From assembly GCA_002328625.1 (NCBI GenBank), contig DCVC01000177.1, positions 9,816 through 73,815 of the forward strand: 64,000 nt of DNA, read 5' to 3'. Position numbers and translations under genes: made by a program. Positions 18,468 through 27,112 of the stretch are shown here, piece after piece; positions within the stretch are counted from its first letter, which is position 1, and each line of letters opens with the position of its first letter. The notes under the pieces were generated by a model, which saw only the letters and a program-made list of their open reading frames with translations, was not told the DNA's origin and ran no database searches. The stretch is from Bacteroidales bacterium UBA2198 (GTDB taxonomy: Bacteria; Bacteroidota; Bacteroidia; Bacteroidales; VadinHA17).

Positions 18468-20243
18468 ATGAATAAATTAAAAGGTTCTTTGCCAAAAGTG
18501 GGAATACGTCCTACTATTGACGGACGCCGTGGAGGTGTTCGCGAATCCCTTGAAGATCAAACTATGGGAATGGCCAAAAGGGTTGCTGAACTTATCTCAG
18601 GTCAGCTTCGTCATGCCGATGGAAGTCATGTGGAATGTGTGATTGCTGATAGTTGTATTGGTCGCGTGGCCGAAGCTGCCATGTGTGCCGAGAAATTCGA
18701 ACGTGAAGGCGTTGGAGTATCCATTACAGCTACTCCCTGCTGGTGCTATGGAAGTGAAACCATCGACATGAATCCTTATATACCCAAAGCCATCTGGGGT
18801 TTCAACGGCACGGAACGTCCGGGTGCAGTATACCTTGCTGCAGCACTGGCAGGATTTAACCAGAAAGGCTTACCGGCATTCGGTATTTATGGACGTGATG
18901 TTCAGGATTCTACGGACACAAAGATACCTGACGACGTAAAAGAGAAATTGCTGAGGTTTACCAAGGCAGGCCTTGCTGTGTCTACTATGCGCGGAAAGTC
19001 CTATCTTTCTGTTGGCTCAGTATCTATGGGTATTGCCGGATCGATCGTGGATGCCAATTTCTTCCAGGCTTATTTGGGTATGCGTAACGAATCCGTAGAT
19101 ATGAGCGAAATTATTCGCAGAGCAGAGGAAGGCATTTATGACAAGGAAGAATTCGCAAGGGCTATGGTCTGGACTAAAGCTAATTGCAAAGAAGGAACCG
19201 ATTTTAATGAAAAATCCAAACAATTGAGCCGTGCCCGTTTGGATGAAAATTGGGAATATGTTGTTAAAATGACCCTGATCATCCGTGATCTGATGATTGG
19301 AAATGCCGTACTGGACAAGATGGGATTCGGCGAAGAAGCGCTGGGACATAATGCCATAGCTGCCGGATTTCAGGGCCAGCGTCAATGGACCGATCACTTG
19401 CCTAATGGCGACTTCCCCGAAGCTATTTTGAATTCATCGTTCGACTGGAATGGCGTACGTGAAGCATTTATATTGGCTACTGAAAACGACAGTCTGAATG
19501 GCGTTGCAATGTTATTCGGGCATCTGCTTTCTAACACTCCGCAGGTATTTGCCGATGTTCGGACCTATTGGAGCCCCGATGCAGTTGAAAGGGTAACCGG
19601 CAAAAAGCTCAGCGGTGTAGCTGAGAATGGCATTATTCATCTTATCAATTCAGGCTCCGCTTCACTTGACGGATGTGGCCAAATGACAAAAGATGGCAAA
19701 CCTGCCATGAAACCTTATTGGGAAATTTCCGAACAGGATGTAAAAAAATGTCTCGGTGCCACTACCTGGTATCCGGCAGCACAAGGCTATTTCCGTGGTG
19801 GCGGATATTCGTCCAAGTTCCTCACCAGGGGCGGAATGCCTGTAACCATGTCACGTATCAATATTATTAAAGGCCTTGGTCCTGTTATTCAAATTGCCGA
19901 AGGATGGACAGCTGAAATACCTGCTGAAGTTCACAAAATGCTGGATGATCGTACTGATAAAACCTGGCCAACAACCTGGTTCGTTCCTCGTCTTACAGGA
20001 AAAGGCGCCTTCAATGATGTGTACTCGGTGATGAATAACTGGGGAGCCAATCATGGCGCATTCAGCTTTGGACATATCGGGGCTGACCTGATTACGCTGG
20101 CCTCCATGCTTAGAATCCCTGTTAGTCTGCATAACGTGGATGAAAAAGATATCTTTAGACCAAGCGCCTGGAGCGCTCACGGTATGGATATCGAAGGATC
20201 AGATTACAGGGCATGTCAAAACTATGGCGCATTATATAAATAA
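18468..20243 (+). CDS. fucI: L-fucose isomerase
   Basis: Near full-length identity blocks with E. coli Fuc[77 protein letters not shown]. Confidence 0.97.
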   Translation: MNKLKGSLPKVGIRPTIDGRRGGVRESLEDQTMGMAKRVAELISGQLRHADGSHVECVIADSCIGRVAEAAMCAEKFEREGVGVSITATPCWCYGSETIDMNPYIPKAIWGFNGTERPGAVYLAAALAGFNQKGLPAFGIYGRDVQDSTDTKIPDDVKEKLLRFTKAGLAVSTMRGKSYLSVGSVSMGIAGSIVDANFFQAYLGMRNESVDMSEIIRRAEEGIYDKEEFARAMVWTKANCKEGTDFNEKSKQLSRARLDENWEYVVKMTLIIRDLMIGNAVLDKMGFGEEALGHNAIAAGFQGQRQWTDHLPNGDFPEAILNSSFDWNGVREAFILATENDSLNGVAMLFGHLLSNTPQVFADVRTYWSPDAVERVTGKKLSGVAENGIIHLINSGSASLDGCGQMTKDGKPAMKPYWEISEQDVKKCLGATTWYPAAQGYFRGGGYSSKFLTRGGMPVTMSRINIIKGLGPVIQIAEGWTAEIPAEVHKMLDDRTDKTWPTTWFVPRLTGKGAFNDVYSVMNNWGANHGAFSFGHIGADLITLASMLRIPVSLHNVDEKDIFRPSAWSAHGMDIEGSDYRACQNYGALYK

Positions 20244-20332
20244 CCGCTTTATTCATCAACATATTTTATTGCTCACAGTACTTTAATAATTCATAATTTA
20301 TAATAGCTACCAACTTGAGTTAATTACGCACT

Positions 20333-21610
20333 ATGTCAGAAATTACCACACTTATCAAAAAAGAGAATCTGTTTCCTTTTATCCTGGTTACTGCACTTTT
20401 TATGTTCTGGGGAATTCCCGGTAACATGAATGATATTCTCATTAAACAATTCATGAAATCATTTGAATTGAATCGTCTGCAGGCCGGTTTAATTCAATCC
20501 GCTTTTTATATGGGATATTTTATAATGGCCATTCCGGCAGGTATGATCATGAGAAGATTTGGGTATAAAACCGGATTGGTGACAGGTCTCATGTTTTTCA
20601 GTTTGGGGACGCTGTTATTCTGGCCCGCTGCGATAATAGGGAAATATGGTATGTTTTTACTGGCGTTATTTGTGATTGCCTCCGGACTTTCTTTCCTTGA
20701 AACCGGGGCCAATCCCTTTATTGCAGGACTTGGCACTGCCGATACCTCTGAAAGACGCTTGAACTTCTCCCAGGCGTTTAATCCGTTGGGCGCCATATTA
20801 GGTGTGGGAATAGGTACTGTCTTTATTTTTTCGGGCATTGAACATAGTGAAGAAAAAATTGCTGCCATGAAAGCGGCTGGTGAATATGAAGCTTATCTGC
20901 ACAGTGAAACTATGCGGGTTATAGCCCCATACCTGGTGTTAGCCTGCGTGGTCTTTTTGTGGGGATTGCTGATGATGGCATCCAAATTTCCGGATCCTCA
21001 TCCCGATGATATTTTAGCTAAAAATAATAAAGGGAGCATAAAAAATCTATTCAACTATCCCCACTTCTATAAAGGTGTCTTTGCGCAGTTTTGTTACGTT
21101 GGAGCCCAGGTAGGAACATGGAGTTTCTTTATACAATATATTCAGGATTACACAGGCGAGCATGAAAAGCTTGCCGGATATTTGCTGACAGGTACGCTGG
21201 TCATGTTTGCCATCGGTCGTTTTTCTGCTACCTGGCTGATGAAATTTCTCAAGCCTTCAAAACTGATGGGCTTTTATGGAATCGCAAATATAGTACTGGT
21301 ATCAATTGCTGTAATAATACCCGGTTGGGCCGGTGTATGGTCTATTTTCCTTACAAGCTTTTTCATGTCGCTTATGTTCCCTACTATTTTTGCTCTTGGA
21401 ATTAAAGGATTGGGTGAAAACACCAAGTTGGGAGGTTCGCTAATGGTGATGGCCATTATCGGGGGAGCCGTGTTTACTCCGTTGATGGGTATTATTGCTG
21501 ATAAGACCTCAAGCATGGCCTTGGCCATGATTTTACCTTTGCTCTGCTATGTGGTAGTATCAAGGTATGCGTTCTCGGGAGCTAAACTTATAACAAAAAA
21601 CAACGAATAA
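20333..21610 (+). CDS. fucP: L-fucose:H+ symporter permease
   Basis: Collinear with E. coli FucP: AGLIQSAFYMGYF, LETGANPF, FCYVGAQVGTWSF, YLLTGTLV, PTIFALGIKGLGENTKLG. Confidence 0.93.
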   Translation: MSEITTLIKKENLFPFILVTALFMFWGIPGNMNDILIKQFMKSFELNRLQAGLIQSAFYMGYFIMAIPAGMIMRRFGYKTGLVTGLMFFSLGTLLFWPAAIIGKYGMFLLALFVIASGLSFLETGANPFIAGLGTADTSERRLNFSQAFNPLGAILGVGIGTVFIFSGIEHSEEKIAAMKAAGEYEAYLHSETMRVIAPYLVLACVVFLWGLLMMASKFPDPHPDDILAKNNKGSIKNLFNYPHFYKGVFAQFCYVGAQVGTWSFFIQYIQDYTGEHEKLAGYLLTGTLVMFAIGRFSATWLMKFLKPSKLMGFYGIANIVLVSIAVIIPGWAGVWSIFLTSFFMSLMFPTIFALGIKGLGENTKLGGSLMVMAIIGGAVFTPLMGIIADKTSSMALAMILPLLCYVVVSRYAFSGAKLITKNNE

Positions 21611-21704
21611 TTGTCAGACCTCATCTGAAGCACCTGCCAAGGGACAGCTGATCAATGCATTTAAGATAAAAAAGAGGATGATTCTTTTCTAGTGTTAATT
21701 GTAT

Positions 21705-23072
21705 TTATTTCAGGAACAATTCAATCACAGGAATTTCATAATTGGGTTTGGTGACAGGCAGACTCAGGTTGATATCATTTTCGTTTTCTGCTTCTTTTGT
21801 CCCATGCCCGTAGCGTTCCGTAATTTTGACTTCAGATCCGTCGTGCAGGAACTGGGCATATTTGATCTTGCCTTTGTAATTGGGCAGCCTGAAATTCTGT
21901 AGCGGATAATCGACCAGATGAATATAAAGTCTGTTTGTTTCGGGATTATAGGTCAGAATGCTGTGTTCCGGAACCTCAAATTCTTCAGGAGCCTGCGTAC
22001 AGCCATAGATGGAGCGGCTGTTGTGTGACATCCATTGCCCAATTGAGGCAAGTGACCGATCCGCCCGCCAGTCGAAATCGCCACGCGCCGTCGGGCCAAC
22101 ATTTAACAACAGGTTTCCGCCTTTGCTGACCGATTCGATCAGGAGCACCAGAAGCTGTTTGGTGTCTTTCCAGGTATATTCATCTCGGTAATAGCCCCAT
22201 GATCCGCTGAAAGTCTGGCAGGTTTCCCATGGTACTTTCCGTCCATTCACTTCAGGCCATTTGGTTACTTTGTACTGTTCAGGGGTGATAAAATCCCAGC
22301 CATCTTCATAATCACTGAGGTTCAGACGGTCGTTCACAATAATGCCAGGCTGCAATTTCCGAACCATCGCCAATAGTTTTTTGGAATCCCAGTCTTTCTC
22401 ACCTTTGCCATTTTCGCCCGGATAGGAAAAGTCGAGCCAGATGATATCGATCTTGCCATAATTGGTCAGAAGTTCGCGCACCTGGTTATGCAGGTATTCA
22501 CGATATACATTCATGTCGCGCCCCTTGTTCAGTTTGTCGTATTCTTTGGGGTCATTGGGCCGTTGAGGATGATTCTGGTCGATCGTGAAATCGGGATGAT
22601 GCCAGTCGATTAAGGAGTAGTAAAATCCAACTTTCAGTCCCTCAGTACGGAAGGCATCCACAAATTCTTTTATAAGATCCCTTCCGGCAGGAGTATTAGT
22701 TGCTTTATAATCAGTGTATTTTGAGTCGAAAAGGCAAAATCCGTCGTGATGCTTGGTGGTGATGACAGCATATTTCATTCCTGCCTGTTTTGCTTTTTTT
22801 GCCCATTCTTTCGGATTATACAAATCAGGATCAAAATGGTTGAAGTATTTCTGGTAATCTTCATTCGTAATCCGTTCCTGGTTTTTAACCCATTCATGAC
22901 GGGCAGGTAAGGCATAAATTCCCCAATGAATAAACATCCCGAAACGATTCTGGGTCCACCAGGACATCCGTTCCTTTTTTTGTTCTTCCGTTTCCGTCCC
23001 CAGTTTGCTTTGGGCAGACACAAAACCCCAAACAGATAAAATCATTAAACAGGTAAGAATCAGCTTTTTCAT
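21705..23072 (-). CDS. alpha-L-fucosidase, GH29
   Basis: Signal peptide. RFGMFIHWGIYALP, KYAVITTKHHDGFCLFDS, IWLDFS, GGNLLLNVGP. Confidence 0.9.
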   Translation of the reverse strand: MKKLILTCLMILSVWGFVSAQSKLGTETEEQKKERMSWWTQNRFGMFIHWGIYALPARHEWVKNQERITNEDYQKYFNHFDPDLYNPKEWAKKAKQAGMKYAVITTKHHDGFCLFDSKYTDYKATNTPAGRDLIKEFVDAFRTEGLKVGFYYSLIDWHHPDFTIDQNHPQRPNDPKEYDKLNKGRDMNVYREYLHNQVRELLTNYGKIDIIWLDFSYPGENGKGEKDWDSKKLLAMVRKLQPGIIVNDRLNLSDYEDGWDFITPEQYKVTKWPEVNGRKVPWETCQTFSGSWGYYRDEYTWKDTKQLLVLLIESVSKGGNLLLNVGPTARGDFDWRADRSLASIGQWMSHNSRSIYGCTQAPEEFEVPEHSILTYNPETNRLYIHLVDYPLQNFRLPNYKGKIKYAQFLHDGSEVKITERYGHGTKEAENENDINLSLPVTKPNYEIPVIELFLK

Positions 23073-23162
23073 TTTATTTGTTTTTAGTTTAGTCTATAAA
23101 ATCATATTTATTTAATTTAAAATACTTAATGTCAGATAATCATTTTTCTCATTTTCAGGTGA

Positions 23163-23888
23163 CTAAAGCTTAGTCTTTGGTTTCATTTTTTCTCTTGTAT
23201 TCTGATATATACAACTCTTAATGTTACATAATTTACATGTATAAGGATTAAACCTGACATTTTCACCTATACCAATAATACCGCTGACAGATTTAATGGG
23301 ATCCATAAGTGCCGATTCGGTTAATCTGATTCCACAAGAATTGCCGGGAACAAGCTTAAATAATTTATGTTGCTCTGCTACATCCCAGTCGCAATATCCC
23401 GGGCTATACCGGTTAGTTATTTTCTTTCCGGAAGAAATCACTGTTTTTTCAAGTTCATTCTGCATCAAATCCGCTGCTGACTCAACTATTACACTGCCAA
23501 CAATGTCATATATATAACCTGTTAAAAGATCACCCTCCTTCATTGCTTTTCTGCTTCTGATCCCGATGCCTTCACCTGCTGTACAAATGAAAACGGCTAT
23601 TGAATCTGATTTTTTAATCTGCCCGTAAACAATCTTCTTTATTTGAAAAACCAGATGATTGATTTCAATCGTTTTTTCATTATCATTAAACTGAATGTCC
23701 GGGAAAATCCTGTATTCAGCCTTTATATTGCAGATCGCCTCAGATTCTTTCAACACTTCAGTAATAAGATCCGAGATTGTTTCCTGCGATTCTCCCTCCT
23801 TATACCCTAAGACACTCTCAATCTGAGAAACATTAAGATTCATGTCTGGTAAATTAAATCGAAATTGAGCACTTTTCATTATAACCAC
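23163..23888 (-). CDS. stand-alone methionine-synthase (MetH) reactivation/AdoMet-binding domain-like protein
   Basis: SPGYCDWDVAEQHKLFKLV...GIRLTESALMDPIKSVSGIIGIG parallels the E. coli MetH C-terminal domain motif (PAPGYPACPEH...LTESFAMWPGASVSG). Confidence 0.65.
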   Translation of the reverse strand: MVIMKSAQFRFNLPDMNLNVSQIESVLGYKEGESQETISDLITEVLKESEAICNIKAEYRIFPDIQFNDNEKTIEINHLVFQIKKIVYGQIKKSDSIAVFICTAGEGIGIRSRKAMKEGDLLTGYIYDIVGSVIVESAADLMQNELEKTVISSGKKITNRYSPGYCDWDVAEQHKLFKLVPGNSCGIRLTESALMDPIKSVSGIIGIGENVRFNPYTCKLCNIKSCIYQNTREKMKPKTKL

Positions 23889-23929
23889 TATTTGTCAGCC
23901 AAGCGTATAAACCTTACTGCAAATATATT

Positions 23930-25372
23930 TCACCTACGTAAGAGTCCCGAATCGGTAACAATTCTCCGAACTATTGATTCCCATCCCAGAGACATTATAT
24001 GAATCCCATTTACTCCCTTTTTTTTCTTAATTGACTCAATCAATTCCAAAGCAATCTGGGTTCCTTCCTCCGGAGCACCTTCCCCTGCTTTTTCCATTCT
24101 GCTCAATATTTTATCTGGCAGGGTGACTCCCGGAACCTTTGTATGAAGGTATTCAGCCACTTTAAAGCTTTTCAGAGGAGTAATACCAATAAGTATATAT
24201 ACCTTGTCGATAATATTCCGTTTATCGAGTTGTTCCAGCCATGGATCAAGCAGGTCAGCATCAAAGACTACATTTGTCTGGAAAAACTGTGCCCCGGCAT
24301 TCACTTTTTTATGGTCTCTTATTGCTTGCAAAACGGGGTCCAATATAAACGTGGACGATGATGCGCCCAGGAACATCCCGGGTGGATTCTTCATTTTCCT
24401 ACCGTCAAGATAAACTCCTTCATCGCGCATTCTCCTCAATATCCATAACATTTGAACCGAATCGATATCAAGGATGTTCATACTGCCCGTTGGTTCAGGA
24501 CCTATTCGGGCGCTGTCTCCGCTTATGCACAGAACATTAAATATTCCTGATACGTTTATACCAACAGCAAGTGCCTGCAATCCGGTTCTTGTTGTATCGC
24601 GTGCCGCGATCTGCAATACAGGCTCAACATTAAGGTCATTAGCCACCTTACAACATGCAATACTTGACATTCTTGGTCGCGCTGAGGAAGAATCGGTGAA
24701 ATTTATTGCTGTCACATAAGGTTTCACCAGTTCTATGTTTTTGCGTAAGTTATCCGAATTTGCACTTAATGGTGGCGTTACTTCAGTTGCTACTACAAAC
24801 TCTCCACTACCCAGACGTTTTTCAAATTCAGAAACAGGTTCATGATCTGCTGGAGCATGATATTCAGAATCACCATGCCACCATTCAGGTTGCCGGATCG
24901 TTAAAAAAACACTATCCCATGCCTTTGATTTTTTTTCTTTATCTCTTGAGAGGATATCCCGGATAAATTTTGCAGTACCTATTTTTCGCATCTGTCCTAA
25001 GACTTCTCCCCACGTTTCTGTTCCCACCTTTTCCCAATCGAGCGGAGGCAGAATTTCGAGTAATTTCTCCTCTCTGCCGGTTTTTTTTGACCGTTCGTAG
25101 ATACAATACCATATACATTTACGGGTTTCGTCGATATAGCAATTCTTTGATGGTGTTATACCACCGCAAGGTCCGTTTCTCATCCCTTTAGGACATTCCA
25201 TGGGGCAGATGAATGCAGTCTCCTGCAGCAAACAATTGCCACACATACGACATCCGAAGAGCGGCCCTTTTATAAATAGCTCTGTCTTTGCAAGTAAACG
25301 CCTGCCAAATTTCTCTTTTTTAAATGGATAGAATGCAGGTTGCCACCTGCGGGAAGGTTTTATAGAAGACAT
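23930..25372 (-). CDS. metF: methylenetetrahydrofolate reductase with fused N-terminal Cys-rich MetV-like (MTHFR_C) domain
   Basis: N-terminus CRMCGNCLLQETAFICPMECPKGMRNGPCGG is the MetV/MTHFR_C signature. The remainder is MTHFR-like (ATEVTPP, QIAARD, ISGD, AGAQFFQTN, IGITP). Confidence 0.8.
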   Translation of the reverse strand: MSSIKPSRRWQPAFYPFKKEKFGRRLLAKTELFIKGPLFGCRMCGNCLLQETAFICPMECPKGMRNGPCGGITPSKNCYIDETRKCIWYCIYERSKKTGREEKLLEILPPLDWEKVGTETWGEVLGQMRKIGTAKFIRDILSRDKEKKSKAWDSVFLTIRQPEWWHGDSEYHAPADHEPVSEFEKRLGSGEFVVATEVTPPLSANSDNLRKNIELVKPYVTAINFTDSSSARPRMSSIACCKVANDLNVEPVLQIAARDTTRTGLQALAVGINVSGIFNVLCISGDSARIGPEPTGSMNILDIDSVQMLWILRRMRDEGVYLDGRKMKNPPGMFLGASSSTFILDPVLQAIRDHKKVNAGAQFFQTNVVFDADLLDPWLEQLDKRNIIDKVYILIGITPLKSFKVAEYLHTKVPGVTLPDKILSRMEKAGEGAPEEGTQIALELIESIKKKKGVNGIHIMSLGWESIVRRIVTDSGLLRR

Positions 25373-25541
25373 TTTTTTCTGATTATTCTACTTATGAACT
25401 TAATGAATTAAATACTCCTTTGAAAATTTTCTACAAATTATATAGCGTATTCGTCCCTACCCGGGATTAAATCGGCTGCGCGAACTGTACCCAAACATTA
25501 ACTTCGTGTTTCATAAATCATCCGGTATGTTCAAATTCTGA

Positions 25542-26939
25542 TTAAACATGTTTTGTCAGTTCACGCTCAATCATTTCGAGTGATTTACCTTTTGTTTCGG
25601 GTAGTTTTTTAAGAATGAAGAAAAAACCGATAATACAGATAACCCCATAAAGCCAGAATGTTCCCGAAGCATTCAGCGCTTTATTCAGGATAGGGAAAGT
25701 GTACGTGAGAATGAAACATGCTGCCCAAAGTGCAAACGTGGCGACTGCCATAGCAGCGCCTCTTATACGATTCGGAAATATTTCGGAAAGAACTACCCAG
25801 GTAACCGGGGCAAGCGACATGGCGTAACAGGCTATGGCCATCACCACCAGAATCAATAGTGGTAATCCTTGTAAATGAAAAAAGTACATGGCGCCCAAAA
25901 CAGCGTAAATACCTGCTAATCCTCCGGCACCCAATAACATCAGGGCTTTGCGCCCAAACTTATCCACAGCAAACATACCAATAAATGTGAATATCAGGTT
26001 AACACTCCCGGTAATGACGATATTAAACAAAATGTCTGATACGCTGTAACCTGCTGCAGAGAACACTTCCTGTGCATAATTAAAAATAACATTAATTCCG
26101 CACCATTGTTGAAATACAGCAAGCACGACACCGATGATCAATACTTTCCGAATGCCGGGTTGTAATAAAGATTTGAAATCGGCTTTATTTGAGTTTGTGT
26201 TTAGTGTAGCTTCAATCTCAGCCAATTCGGCTTTTGCGTAATCAGCCCCGCCAATTTTGGTTAAAATTAAATTTACCTTCTCATGATTACCTTTTCCCCC
26301 GGCCATCCAGCGCGGACTTTCGGGGACAAACCACGTCAATACAAAGAATAAACCGGCCGGGATGGCACACGCGTAAAACATCCATCTCCAGCCACTTTGA
26401 CCGTTCCATGACATAAGGATGTCAGATGTTGTTGCCTCGACGGGTACAGGTTGAGCTATTCGCCAGTTTATAAGTTGTGCCGCGAGAATCCCTATCACGA
26501 TTGTTAATTGGTTGATAGATACAAAACCTCCACGCACATTGGCTGGTGCAATCTCGGCAATATACATAGGCGAAAGGTTCGATGCCAGACCAATTCCTAT
26601 CCCGCCTAAAATGCGAAAGAGGACAAATACGCTGAAAGAATTGGATGATCCAGTTCCAAGAGATGCCAGAACAAATAAACCTGCTGCAAGGATTAGTAAT
26701 TTTTTCCGGCCAAAGCGGTCGCTCAGCCAACCGGAGAGAAAGACACCCCCGATACAGCCAATCAATGCACAACTCATTGCCCAGCCTTGTAATACAGCAT
26801 TATCTGTAATTCCAAAAAATGGCTCGTAAAAGGGTTTCGCCCCACCAATTACAACCCAATCGTAGCCAAAGAGAAGTCCACCCATGGCAGTTATGAGCGA
26901 AATGCCTATCAGGAATTTCCAGTTGTAAGAATGTTTCAT
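25542..26939 (-). CDS. MFS sugar porter family transporter
   Basis: GGLLFGYDWVVIGG, GRKKLLILAA, PESPRWM, PETKGKSLEMIE. Paralog of the gene at 3797..5185. Confidence 0.85.
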   Translation of the reverse strand: MKHSYNWKFLIGISLITAMGGLLFGYDWVVIGGAKPFYEPFFGITDNAVLQGWAMSCALIGCIGGVFLSGWLSDRFGRKKLLILAAGLFVLASLGTGSSNSFSVFVLFRILGGIGIGLASNLSPMYIAEIAPANVRGGFVSINQLTIVIGILAAQLINWRIAQPVPVEATTSDILMSWNGQSGWRWMFYACAIPAGLFFVLTWFVPESPRWMAGGKGNHEKVNLILTKIGGADYAKAELAEIEATLNTNSNKADFKSLLQPGIRKVLIIGVVLAVFQQWCGINVIFNYAQEVFSAAGYSVSDILFNIVITGSVNLIFTFIGMFAVDKFGRKALMLLGAGGLAGIYAVLGAMYFFHLQGLPLLILVVMAIACYAMSLAPVTWVVLSEIFPNRIRGAAMAVATFALWAACFILTYTFPILNKALNASGTFWLYGVICIIGFFFILKKLPETKGKSLEMIERELTKHV

Positions 26940-27112
26940 GAAGTACGTTATGTTTTTTATTACAAGTTAGCTAAATCAAAGGTTGAGCAAATAATAATTT
27001 TATAAAATGGATAAATCTTTGATTTATATGCACTTTATTATTATGACGTAAAACAATCTATAGGTAATGGGTTTATCGCCGGCTTTATTTTATCTTTATT
27101 GAAATTAACAAG

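Noticed and set aside
21670..21688. Hairpin AAAAGA-GGATGAT-TCTTTT between the convergent fucP and GH29 genes, as a possible bidirectional terminator.
   Set aside because: The stem is only 6 bp and almost entirely A-U, with no flanking T-tract pattern. It is too weak to call.
21668..21690. A 14-nt identity (AAAAGAATCATCCT on the minus strand) between this intergenic spot and the signal-peptide codons of the GH29 at 39958..39980, suggesting a relic of a gene start.
   Set aside because: Several 14-mer coincidences are expected by chance in 64 kb of AT-rich DNA, and there is no extended similarity on either side.
25373..25541. Possible SAM or cobalamin riboswitch in the 169-nt leader of the MetV-MetF gene. 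The minus strand contains ...GCAGCCGATTTAATCCCGGGTAGGGACGAATACGC..., faintly reminiscent of SAM-II-like CGAUUU segments.
   Set aside because: I could find no B12 box, no SAM-I core and no convincing SAM-II pseudoknot pairing by eye. It needs an Infernal/Rfam scan before any claim.
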